From assembly GCF_018350175.1 (NCBI RefSeq), contig NC_058373.1:109060001-109124000 (forward strand): a stretch of 64,000 bases of DNA, read 5' to 3'. Positions 48,498-61,473 of this stretch are shown here, in pieces. Under the pieces are notes generated by a model that saw nothing but the letters and a program-made list of their open reading frames with translations, had not been told where the DNA came from and made no database searches. How positions within the stretch are numbered: position 1 is the stretch's first letter; every line of letters starts with the position of its first letter. This stretch comes from Felis catus (lineage: Eukaryota). A program made the translations under genes and the position numbers.

Positions 48498-50516
48498 CAG
48501 AGAATTTTTTTTTTCTGAGAACAAAGTGACACTGACCGACAGCACACCTGTCCCCACATTTTGCCAAGTTATTGAGACCATCCATCAATTGAAGAAGGGC
48601 TGGAATTTACTAAAAAATGTTTTTAAAAACGGACACAGGTTGTAACAGGGAACAGAGTATATAGGGAAGAAGCCATTTGATGTAACTTGGGCACCAGTAC
48701 CTGCAGACGTGGGTGCACCACCCCCGGGGCCCATTAAAAAACACACAGTTTCCTGTCTCTAGCTCTCTTCCTAGCAGAGGTAATCATGCAGGTGTGTGCA
48801 CTCAGCATTCACAACAGTGTGTGGGTGGGTGGGTGTGGTGTACATATGCTCAGATGTGTGAAAGAGAAAAAGAAAAAAGAGGCAATAGAGCTCTGTGATG
48901 GACTCATTCTGAAGAACCAGAATTTATTTTCTACTGGTAATTATCCCTCTTTGAGACCTTGCACTGCAAATATATCAGTTGGTTATTTGATATTAATCCC
49001 TCTGGGCCTGAGTTTCCCCATGTGTTTTGAAGGGAAAATAACTGTCCTTTTTTTTCCACAGGAATATTACAAACATCAGATGAGGTACTGTGTAAACAAC
49101 ATGCTTTGAGGAGGACAGTGACAAATAGGATCTGTCCTGAGGACCGTAACGATGATGGATAGGGGTTTCGGTGATCTCGCGGTGTGTGGGAAGACTCCAA
49201 AACTGGCAAAATTTATACTGGAGAAGACTTAATAAGATGTAAGAGTTTCAAATATCTAATGGGCTGCCTTGCAGAAGAGGAATTTGGCACTGGGGAAGGT
49301 AGAGCACGGACTAAAGGAGACTTATTTCTGCTTAAAAGGGACTCTACACTCCCTGACGAATAAACAAGAAAATTCCACGTTTAGTTCATATTCGGTACCC
49401 CTCTTCCCCATTCATCACCATCTTCACTTTCAATTACATGTACAAATCTGTGTTTCACATATTTGTGTTTCATATACCAGTCACACTTGGCTGTAAGCTC
49501 CTTAAGCATTGCGGCTCTAGTCCTCGTGCTCGCAACAACTCCTTACGTTTTGTCATGCAGGTTGTGAGTGCTCAATAAACATTTGTTAACAAAAATATAA
49601 CCTGAAAATGTTACTCAAATGTAGAGCCAATGTTGTGACACAGCTGGGAGAAATATGACTCCTGCAGTCCTATCCTCTCTTAGAACCCCAAGTAGGGAGC
49701 TATATTGATTTGCTTATGTTCATTTCTCTGCTGCTGCAGTAGAGATGCTGATTTGTCTCATGGCTTGATTTTTCTCCTCCATGTTAACTAAAGGGAAAGT
49801 TCTATTTAAGGGGGCAATGGGAAGGAAGCTTGCCATTTCAAAATACTTCACCATAGGCAATTATTTTAGATGAAATTCCTTAAGTGCAGTTGTCCAAATG
49901 TGTATTTCATTCTTGGCAATAAAAGGGCCCTAGCCAATGTCCAATGACCCATAAATCATAGCTAGGGGATGTCTTTATGCAAATTAAATTTGTGTCACGG
50001 TCATCAATAAAAAAGAAAACGGCCACGAAGACTGTATTTGCAACAGCAGTGCAAAGTTAAGGATTGCTGTACCAATTTGTAGGACATGTCAGTGTGGCTA
50101 ATTATTTTTTAAGATAGTATGCTTTGAAAGAATTCACAGGTAATAGGCTTTATGAATTGATCATTAAATGAGAAAAGATATTTAAATAGCGTCAGGAATA
50201 TAAAATAAACATTCAGTCTGATTAACCTTACCAACTTAAAAAATCCACATAATAAAGTAAGGGACACTGACGTTATTTTTATGACAGTTATCATAAACCC
50301 CAAGAACTAATTATATTATAGTACAGTATGCTTGTTTCTCAACTCTGCCTTTCCTTTTACTTTTAAATTATAAGGATTCAAGTCTTTAACCACACACTCA
50401 GGGTTTCTTCCCCCCTCTTAAAAAGGAAACAAAATATAAAGAAAGGGAAAGAATTATGTCACTTCAAATCAATGAGAATGTACGAGTGCAAAATGAAATA
50501 CCTTTTCCACACCTCA

Positions 50517-50804
<288 letters not shown>

Positions 50805-51799
50805 TCAAGTACCTATACTAGTTCTTATCCTAATCACTATTTTTATTCAGTTTCATATATGGTATTGATATACTAGCATAATTTAGAGCCCGAGTATATA
50901 ACCCCATCCAGATACATATAACAATGTACAACACTGTCATATAATATGTAAAGTAACATCACCCTGAATGCAGTTCTTGATGGAAAATCTGGAGTGGTAT
51001 GAATAAATGAAATACAACAAAGACAAAAATTGTATTTTAACAAATAGTTTCATTATCTTCTCCCATCATCACTTTTTCCATCTGACTAGAAGGAGCAAAG
51101 GTGACTTTTTAGTTTCATCCTTTCTTCTGCTTCTTCTGTAGAGATGACAGAATGCAATATAGAAGGATCTGCTGTTACAGTATTTATAAATCTGGAGCTG
51201 ATTGCACATATATTAAACATACATTATTCAGCAACTAAGTCTTATGCTCCAGGCAGACTAATACTGGCCATGACTTATTCCCCAGGGATGCCTTTCCATC
51301 TCTCCTGAGCCAACCTTTATGCAAGGCCTCAGGGCCCAGCCCCGGGGGTCCCCCATCCACAACTACAGAGCCTAAGAAGCTGAGTTGGGGAAAACATGGA
51401 GACTCAGATTTGTTATGCTATCAACAGTTCCCTAAAGAGTGCTATACTGTAGTGGAATGTGGATATCTTTTTGAAATTCTGGAAATCACACAGAAATCAA
51501 CTCTTCACTTCAGAGCAGCATCCACTGGTGAGCTGAACTCCGCAGTTCACCATTCCAAATCAAGAGTACTCAGTTGCCCAAACAAGATGGGGATAAGGAA
51601 GACTCAGAAATTAAGGCACTGTGCCAAAGACATGCTTTCTATACTCTAACCACAGAAATGAGTAAATATCTGCTTTCATCACAAAGATTGAAGTCAGAAG
51701 GGACAAGAAAAAAGGAAGAAGAAGAAGGGAACATCTTATAACACTTCAGGCCAGCAAGATTACCAGAGAGAAAAGGCAACATGTAACCAGAGAAACGAG

Positions 51800-51858
51800 G
51801 GAGAGAGAGAGGAGGAAGAGAGAGAGACAGAGAGACAGAGAGACAGAAAGACAGAGAT
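51800..51858. repeat. GA/GAGACA purine-rich repeat
   Basis: Direct observation. Confidence 0.85.
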
Positions 51859-52367
51859 TGAGGTTGAGTGAGATTACACATTCTTGCCCACATAGACAGT
51901 TTGGAAATCCTTAAAGAACCAATAGGCACTCCAGGATAGAAAGAGAAAACATGCATATATTGAGAAAGTGGTTACAACTATCATGTGATCATATGATCAG
52001 CATAAGGTAACCATAATGGATATTTAATTAATCTTGAGCATTTGTTTCCAGACACTCCAAAATTTTCTTTTAGTTAGTGACAGTGACAATTCAACGGTCT
52101 GATAGCCTTACATTTGTCCAAGGAAGGTTAATTAGAGACCTGTGACCCAAGGTAAGTCTCTGGGGTTATACAGCATCATAGATGACCTAAGGGAGACTTT
52201 AGAAATTTAAAAAATAAGCCCTACCTCCACTTACACAGGTGAATTTTAGATATCTGTAAGTGGCATTATCTAAATTTTAAACAAGTAATTCCAATTGCAA
52301 AGAAATACATATTTATTCTAATTGCATTATCAGAAGTACCACATTTAATTATAAAAATGTTCATTGA

Positions 52368-52475
52368 ATGAGCACTGAGTAATGTATGGAAATGTGGAAT
52401 CATTATCTCGTACACTTGAAATTAATATAATGCTGTATGTTAATTATACTTCAATTTAAAATAAATAAATAAAAG
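52368..52475 (+). mobile_element. Carnivore L1 3' stub
   Basis: atgagcactgagtaatgtatgg...acacttgaaattaatataatgctgtatgttaattatac plus A-rich tail. Confidence 0.8.
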
Positions 52476-53459
52476 AATAGTATGCAGCACCCAAGTATCA
52501 TAAATTGGAAAATAGTGACAAAAAGGTGTTCACATTATGTAAAATAACAAAGGCAGAATATCAAACCCTATGCATAGTATGATCTCATTTTATGCACTCT
52601 GCAAAGCAAGTGCACCAAAATGGTAGGTTCTCTCTGCCTTATGGATACTGGATGGGTTTTACGGTCTTATTATTTCCATTTATTATTTTTTAATCAGAAG
52701 ACATCAACAACTGTTATATTATCATAGTCCCTGGTGCCATGAAAGTAACAGGGCTTCTAAAGGGCTGCTTTCATGTACCTCTTGTTCCTTTTACTCTATC
52801 GTCACTGCTATACTCTCTATACTAGGTTTTTCCTTGAAAAGACAGAAGAAGGATTCTACTTCTTTCTGATTCATTTCTGTGACCCTTTCTCAAACTATCA
52901 CTTATAATACAGCCTCTGACCTATTTATAAGTGCTCAGTACTCTTCAGCTATCTGATTTTCATGTGCAGTAACTACAATGATAATCAATGTTTTTGACTA
53001 AGTAATTTCACTTCCAGGAATCAATCAAGATTTAGGACCAATACATGGAATATTCAGTCACAACCCCAGATTGGTAAGACAAACAAACAAATGAATAAAA
53101 TATCCAACTATGGAAAGCTATCTACATATCAAGCATCAGTTCACATAGAATTAAAACTGTCTTTTGGAATAATGTGCAAAAATGCTTACCTTATAATACT
53201 AAATGAAAAAATAAAGATACAAAGTATAATATAATTTTGGTTACAACTACAATAAAGTACATAAAAATGAAACTGAAACTCCCAGACTAAAGTAATTATC
53301 AATTAAAAGTACTTTTTCTTATTTTCTTAAAATACAATATTCATGACAAAACCAAATATACTGTATTTTATTATTCTATGTTATTCTATAGAGGACATGT
53401 TATTATTAATTGATAAATTAATTAACTGCTGAAATTAAAATTGTGTTAAAAGCCAAAAG

Positions 53460-53680
53460 GGGAGTGCCTGGGTGGCTCAGTCAGTTAAACGTCTGACTCT
53501 TGATTTTGGCTCAGGTCATGATCTCATGGTTCGTGAGAATGAACCCCACATCGGGCTCTGCACTGACAGCTCAAAGTCTGCTTGGGATTCTCTCTCTCCC
53601 TCTCTCTCTCTCTCTGCCCCTTCTCCACTTATACTCTCTCTGTCTCTCTCAAAAATAAATATAAATAAACATTAAAAAAA
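53460..53680 (+). mobile_element. CanSINE
   Basis: TSD aaaagccaaa. Confidence 0.95.
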
Positions 53681-54004
53681 AAAGCCAAAGGGATACAAGA
53701 CTAGAAGAAAATGCATTTAAATAATTATAGCAACTGGCTTCAGGTAATGTGTTTATTTTTTCTTCTTTCTACTTTATGTTTTCCAAATTTTTCTCTAATG
53801 AATCTGCCTAATTTTCATTTAAAAATAGCAAGCTACTTTCACAGATGTATTTCCTTACCTATTTTAATAAAACTGAATTAATAAAATATGTAAATAGATC
53901 TACAGAATAATAGATGAATATTCATTGATTGATTACTGTATCATCATGAGTAAAAGATACCCCATATATAAATGAATTTCCCATTGCCAACATAGACCAT
54001 TTTT

Positions 54005-54192
54005 TAAATATTTTTATTTATTTTTGAGACAGAGAGTGAGGTAGGGGCAGAAAGAGAGGGAGACAGAGTATCTGAAGTGAGCTCTGTGCTGACAGCACAA
54101 AGCCTGATACAGGGCTCAAACTCACCAACCGTGAGATCATGACCTGAGCTGAAGTCGGACACTTAACTGACTTAAGCCACCCAGGTGCCCCC
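54005..54192 (-). mobile_element. CanSINE
   Basis: TSD agaccattttt. Confidence 0.95.
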
Positions 54193-57109
54193 AGACCATT
54201 TTTAATTATGGAGGCATTCAAATGTCTGTTACATATTTTACCTAACTGCTGAAGTCAAAAATGTCTGATACATATTTCTATCAAAAATTTTAAATTATTT
54301 ATTTTTTTCATATCATGGATAAATAAAAGGCCTGTGATGTGGAAAGAATAGCATTAAGCTAGAACATGAACTCATAAGGGCAGGGAATTTTCTCTGGTTC
54401 ATCCACTCTTGTTATTCCCCAATTCCTAGAACAGTTCAAGCAAGAGCTAAACAGATATTTTTTGGAAAGAAAAATGTGAATGAAAAAAGGGGAGAGAAGA
54501 AAGACACAGAAGAACAAATTGGGAAATAAGACATTCAAGTTAGATGTGAGGCTCCACCTGTAATGGTGTGGCCTAGATCAAGTTATTCACTACCTGAATC
54601 AACACCTGTTGCTTTGACCTTAAAGCGAACAAGATGAACAAAAACTAATGTTTAAGGTGTCTCTATATCTATAACTCTATGGTAATTCAACTAAAAATCA
54701 TCAAATTGTATTTTCAAGATAATATTTTTTCTATGTCAAATTGGCAAAAAAAAAAAAAAAAAAAAGACTAAAATCTAGGGCCTCAACTCCAAATCCTCAA
54801 CTTGAATCCCAACTGATTCAAGCAAAGTAAAATTTACCCCTGCTCCTCCTCTTAAAAGAAGTTTAGAGAAGCATAGCAAAGTTAATAAATGTGGATAATT
54901 CGGCCCTCAGCATTGGAACTCACATTGCATAATAAGCAATACTAATTGTTGTATAACATAGAGTTTCCATTAGGATACATGATTTATCAATTGGACATTG
55001 ATATAATCAATCATTTTAAAGTGTGTTTGCTTTATCCAGTTATCTATATCAATTTATAGTCACTTAATTCACAATAAACTTTTATGGCACTTCTGGAAGA
55101 TGTGTCTTGTAAATCAATTAATTAATTTACCATTCACAGTAGAGCTGACTAACGTTCTTCTCCAAGGAATATTATGCATATCTACACTGAGTAATCAGAA
55201 ATCACAGATTGTAGAGACATGGGATCGTGCATGGAATATCCAGTAGCTGTACAAGTTCAGATCTGGGTCCTTCTGTTCGTCTTCGTGGCTATAGGATATT
55301 TGATGCTAGTTTTTAGGTCAGCTCTCACTGGGTGCAAGTAGTCTCAGCTATAAACATTTCAGGGCTTGAGAAAACTAACCTTCCCCCAAAGCCCTAAAAT
55401 TAGTAGAAAAGCTCACACTCAACATGAAAGTTGTTGTTTGGCCTATTTATATATTCTCAGTTCTTTGCATCAAGTCTTATGAAGTATTTCACTTCTAAAC
55501 CACAGGAAACAGGACAGTAAAACAGGAGCGAATTAAAGATTCAGAGACTATGAAACTGGAAAATGTAAAGACAAAACAGAGATGACAAGTAACAATATAA
55601 TTAAAGGAGTAGTACAGACCATGGTATATTTAGGGAGTATGATCCCCTGAGGTGCTGGTTTTATAGTCAGAGCTTTTTAAAAAACTTGAAACACATTATT
55701 TGGTGAGTTAATGAAATGGATAAAACAAATGCATTAAAGTTATTTCAGTTATTCATCAGTGAGTATAGCTATCTAATATAGCCATTGAATCCCTAAAAAT
55801 ACAGCATTTGAAACGTAGGTCGTTCCCTGTCTGGTGTAGTCATGGCTCTATGTGATGATTCTTCTATAGAATGGACCTAATCCCTGTATTCACTTTTATC
55901 ATTAGTCAGCCCTTCACTCTGATTGATTATTGCAGTAGGCTCATAAACTTTATTATGAATACATATGCATAAAAATATTCATTTATACATGAACAACACT
56001 AGGAGTTTTAGAATTATGTGATTTTTAATGGACTTTGACTATAACAACACCAAGTGTCATCCGCTAATGTTTTAAAGGCATAGAACAGAAAGAATAAGAT
56101 GATGAGTGTTAAAATTAAGAAATTATATAGGTGTAGTAGAATAGAATCTTTTAAAACATTTAGAATTGATGCCTGCCAATCTTTGGTGATTGATGCCCAA
56201 GGTCATTCTGTTCAAAAATTATAATGGATAAAAACCTGAAGACACTTTTAGAGAAGCAAACAATTCTTATATACTAAAAAAAAAACCACTGATGTAGCTT
56301 GTAAATTTTTATTTATACAAAGAAAGAGTCAAATAGCTCCTGCTACGCAGATGTAAAACTAGAGTATCCCGTATCAATAAGGAATGAAGGCAGGGAAGGA
56401 GAGTGGGAACAAGACAGGGATGTATAGGTGGGTGTAAGAAAGCTGGGAAAATGCAGATGAAGCTTTCTGTAAGTGGATGCCTCGACCTCAGGAAAACAAA
56501 AGAGCAGTAAGAAAGGAGGCTTCATGGCCCCACCCTGTCAAGAGAACAGCAGCACTTAAGGGCAGGGTAGAGGATTCAGCCTAAGAACTGAGACAAGTCC
56601 CAAGGTCGGAACAGAGTCAAGGATGGAGAAGTAAACTCTACCTCTTCTAGGAAGGAACTGCAAAGATTTGTGGCCATTCTTGCAATCCTGAGGCATTCTT
56701 GAAAGCTTCATTTCCAATTTCATACCTCCCAACTAGGTAGACTCTGAACTCTTCCAGGGCCCAGAGGAAAGACTGGCAAGCAGCATTTAAGATCCCCATC
56801 TTGTGTTCTGAGGGCTCCAGAGAGACACTCTGAGCCAGTTTTCCCTGGTCCTAAACACCTGCCTGGCGGTGAACCAGTCACTATGAGGACCATATTTTTA
56901 GATAAGTAGGAGATGATTAACCACCTCATAGTCATGTCATATTTGGTGCAGGATTTTTGTTACACTGGTGTGGTATTTAACAGTGTTGTTAGAAAAATCT
57001 TTTTTTAATAAAAGGAAACAAATTGGTGACGATAACATAAGCACTATATTTTCTGCCAATATTAAACCAAATAATTGTATAATTTCAAAATTCTATTTAA
57101 AAATAGTTA

Positions 57110-57384
57110 ACAGGAACCCATGGGGGAGGGGAAGGGAAAAACAAAAAGAGAGGTGAGAGTGGGAGAGAGCCAAAGGCATAAGAGACTCTTAAAAACTGAG
57201 AACAAACTGAGGGCTGATGGGGGGTGGGAGGGAGGGGAGAGTGGGTGATGGGCATTGAGGAGGGCACCTGTTGGGAGGAGCACTGGGTGTTGTATGGAAA
57301 CCAATTTGACAATAAATTTCATATAATTAAAAAAAACTTATTTGAAGTTAAATAAATTTTAAAAAATAAAAAATAAAAAATAAA
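57110..57384 (+). mobile_element. 5'-truncated feline L1 (3' UTR)
   Basis: cataagagactcttaaaaactgagaacaaactgagg...gagcactgggtgttgtatggaaaccaatttgacaataaa; TSD aaaaatag(t/g)ta. Confidence 0.93.
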
Positions 57385-57724
57385 AAAAATAGGTATGAGC
57401 TGGGGTGAATCACCTGATACCATACTGCACAGCCTCTTTAAAATGACTATAGTAAATACTTGATTCACAGAGTCGATTAAATGATTTGATATAATAATGC
57501 ATATAAAATAATGAGTACTCAATGACTATTGGTATTTGTATCAGCCTCTCAAAGGGGCTGAAGTGCATTTTTCAAAAATATACTTTTGATAAGAAATATT
57601 AAAAGCAAAATGTATGTGTAGATTTTAAATTTTACTTAAGCATGGGGAGGGGGTTCTTATTTACTAGCCACAAATATGGTTTTTCTTTCTTTAAGCCCCT
57701 TTTAACTCTTGAGTGTTCATTTTC

Positions 57725-57952
57725 TTAAAATTTTGTTTTAATGTTTATTTATTTTTGAAAGAGAGAGAGAGACAGAGAGACAGAGCATGAGTGGGGGAGG
57801 GGCAGAGAGAGAAGGAGACACAGAATCCTAAGCAGGTGCCAGGCTCCAAGCTGTCAGCACAGAGCCCAATGTGGGACTCGAACTCATGAACTGTGAGATC
57901 ATGACCTGAGACAAAGTTGGATGCTTAACCAACTGAGCCACCCAGGTGCTCC
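57725..57952 (-). mobile_element. CanSINE
   Basis: Imperfect TSD ttgagtgttcattttc / ttaagtgtttattttc. Confidence 0.95.
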
Positions 57953-60152
57953 TTAAGTGTTTATTTTCAGTAAAATTAATTCTGACTTGCAGAACTATTT
58001 ATTCCAGTTGATAGGGAAAGTAATGCTACTTTTAGGAATCAAAGCTAAGTCCCCTTCCAAAGAAATAATTTCAACTTTTCCTACCATGGCCAATCACCAT
58101 GGTATAAATTAGATTCTTTCTTGATACTGGGAATTCCTGATGTATAACAAGGAAGGAGTGTTTTATTAAAGAGTTTTAAGTGACCTGAGATATTTAACAT
58201 TTGGCCTGCTGTATTCTCCTTGTTCAAAATGCCCAAATGGTAGTCAGGAAACTTCCTGCAATTCAACATGGTGTGAAAACACAGTAGGGCAAAGTAATGG
58301 CTCAAGTCAGGCTGGAAAGGAAACAAGAACAAAATGGCCTCAGAGGCCATGCTAAAAGTTACATTTTATCCTCAAGTTGCTAAAAAGTCAATCTTAATGA
58401 GAAGACCACATGGTAAATTATATTTTAGAATGAATATTTTGGTGGCCACATAACAAAGAATTAGAGGTTGAAGCTGATGACAGATTATGAGCTCTCCAGG
58501 CCTTTCAGATGGCAGTCACAGCCCAGGACCAAGCTTTTAAAAGCAGTCACCATGTGAAGGGGTATTAAGGATAGGATAAAGAGATAACAAGGTGATAGAA
58601 TCAACAAGACTTAGTTTTGAAGGATGATTGGGAAAGAATTTGAAATTGAGTCTAAACTACTAGACTGTAAAGACTTGCATTTTATCCAAAAAATCTACAG
58701 GCTGAAGAACTCTAAAGTATATAATTTGAACCATACAAATAATGTCGGAATCACTACTTTGAAAGTTTAAAACAAGACAAGCATGTAATTTTTTTAAAGC
58801 AAATAACTGGCTTGACCTTTATAAAAATGTCTGAATTCACCATGTTCATCATCATAATATGTATAGCAAACCTACCTGGTTCATAGGTCAACATCTCGAA
58901 ACAGAAACATGGATGCAAAAGAAAATAACTTTGGGGGCTTGGGAAAAGCCCTTTTAAGGATTTAAAGTGTGAAACACTTGACTTCTAATAGCAAGTACGG
59001 GAAGAAATCTTAACTGTAGCATGAAAGTCACATTTTCGCAGATTCTCAAAATAGCAAAATATTATTCATTCACATCTCGGAATTTTTTTCTTTTTGGAAT
59101 AAAAATAAGCAGATTTTGAATTTTGAGCACCATAATTTGTAAGTTTTATTTGATAACACAAAACTCTTAACTCAGGTACTAGAAATTATTTTTTTATTAT
59201 TAAGGTTATTTAACTCTGTCATTCTCTGCCTCGCTTCTGCTCCCTGCCCTAACCCCATAACAATATCTAACCCCTCCATCCAAACTACATAAATAAGCAT
59301 AACTCTCTCGGGAATTTGAATTTACAATTAGAAGACTTAGATACAGATTGTTTTAGATTAAGAACTCCAGCTCTATGATTCTCATCATCAACAGACCCAG
59401 AAAAGACAAAATGTGAATGCAGCAAAACAAATATCTTGGGAGCCAGGTCTATCGTTCACAGGGAAGTGTCATTTATATAGCCCTTAAAGATGCAATATAC
59501 CTCGCTGAGACACTTAAAAGTAACCTGGCTGTTTTAGCCACACCAGTAAATCTGTTCACATTAGGTAATTATAGGGTAGGAACTAAAAAGCAAGAAGATA
59601 CTAAAGAATATAAAATATTACATATGCATCATGAACTTAATTTGGAATTTTTTGTGTCTCATAAAAAGTGGGAAGGTCAAAAAGAAAAAGGTGGAGGTGT
59701 AAGAACTGAAAGAGCTTCAACTTGGAAAAAGACATGAAAAGCAATTATCTTCACCTGCCCTATTTAGAAAAACATCTTGAAGCCATCCTTCAACGTTAAA
59801 AAAAGAAAGCATTTTGTTGACTACATTTTTAATCTTTCCACTAATTAGTTATGGTTCAGAACGTATTCATTAAACACTTAGCATTTTTGACACACTAAAG
59901 AATTATGTACCTACCAAGAGACTGTTGAGAGGCAAAGTTCCAAAAGAATGAAACTGCACCTGTTCTTTGGATTCAGCAATTTTAATTAATTTTAAAATGA
60001 CCTCCCTTCTCTACCTTTCAACTGGCAAATGAATCAATGTAAAAGAGAGAAAATCCTGTTTATTTCTCCTATCAGACCAACTGAGGTAAATCTTCATTTT
60101 TCTGAGCTATGCTCGGATGTGAGACATGTTTTTTTCTTTCTGTCTCTTACAT

Positions 60153-60345
60153 AAGGCAAAAAGTCATTAGACCTGATGAAAAAGGACACATTTCAACGCT
60201 AAAAGCCACAATTCACAATGAAGATACAACAGTTATGAGTATCTGTGCACCAAATAACACAGCAGCAACCATGAGACAGCACAAACTACAGGAGATACAA
60301 GAAGGCACAGATAAAACACATTAATAATAAGACACTTTAACATGC
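60153..60345 (+). mobile_element. Old L1 ORF2 endonuclease relic
   Basis: DEKGHISTLKATIHNEDTTVMSICAPNN aligns by eye to L1 EN DKEGHYIMVKGSIQQEELTILNIYAPN; probably resumes at about 61012-61080. Confidence 0.85.
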
Positions 60346-61012
60346 ATATATCATGTTTTTCACAAATTTAGATTTGTGCCAACACCATGTTAAGCAGATC
60401 TATTTAGCATCATTTTTCCAACAGCATTTACTCACTTTGTAGTTTTTTTAGGTTGTATCTATTTATCTATTTTTGAGAGACAGAGAGAGATAGAGAGAAT
60501 GCAAGTGGGAGAGGGGCAGAGAGAGAGGAAGAGAGAGTATCCCAGTCAGGCTCTGCGCTGTCTGCACAGAGCCCAATGCCAGGCTCAAACTCATAAACCA
60601 TGAGGTTATGACCTGAGCCGAAACCAAGAGTCTGATGCTTAACTGACTGAGCCACCCAGGCACCCCTATTTGCTCACTCTGTGTCTCTGACTCAAACGTT
60701 AATAATTCTCACAATACTTCAAACTTTTTCCTTATTATTATATGTTATAGTGACTTGCTACCAGTGATTGTGACCCACTGAAAGCTCAGATGATGGTTAG
60801 CAATTTTTTTTAGCAATAAAATACCTTTTAACTGAGGTATATACTTTTTTCTTAGACATAATGTTGCACACTTTATGGATTACAGTATAGTGTAAACATA
60901 AATTTTATATGAACTGGTAAACCAGAAAATTCACTTGACTCACTTTATTGAGATACTTGATTTTTTGTGGTGGTCTGAGACCAAACCAGTAATAACTACC
61001 CAAGTATGCCAG
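60346..61012 (+). mobile_element. Internally deleted Tigger1 (Tigger1a-like non-autonomous)
   Basis: Tigger1 5' part (catttttccaacagca, caaactttttc) joined to 3' part (gctcagatgatggttagca, acagtatagtgtaaacataa, gtggtggtctg...gtatgcc). Confidence 0.85.
60441..60666 (-). mobile_element. CanSINE inside Tigger1
   Basis: TSD attt(a/g)ctcact(t/c)tgt. Confidence 0.95.
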
Positions 61013-61290
61013 CAGAAGACCTAACCAACTTACTAAAAAGGCAGAAAACCCAAAGATACTTATCAAACTTCACTCCCTGATAATTTTTGCAACTTTTCAC
61101 TAAGTTTGTAATTATGTCAAAATTAAGCTATCAAAAAATGAGAAGAAGGAGAAGAGAAACAGAAAGAGCAGAAAAGGAAAGGATAGTCACCAAAATGTTA
61201 GGAGTGACACTATTGAGTTTCTCTTTTCCTCTCCTTCTCTTAAAACATTGTTAAGGTATGTTGAGTGTTAAATAACCCTCCCACCCTTCC

Positions 61291-61473
61291 TTTTTTTTTT
61301 AAGTTTATTTATTTATTTTTGGGAGAGAGGGGGAAGGGGGAGGAACAGAGGGAGAGAGAGTATCCCAAACCCATGCAGACCCCCACATAGGGCTCCAACC
61401 TACCAACCATGAGATCATGACCTGAACCAAAACCAAGAGTGGGACACTTAACTGACTGAGGCACCAGGCGCCC
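61291..61473 (-). mobile_element. CanSINE
   Basis: TSD ccacccttc followed by T run. Confidence 0.93.

Noticed and set aside
59417..59737. 106-aa plus-strand ORF
   Set aside because: No homology I recognise and no convincing splice or promoter context; the length is attainable by chance
60109..60324. ORF with endonuclease-like motifs
   Set aside because: Short decayed L1 ORF2 fragment cut by Tigger1, not a domesticated gene
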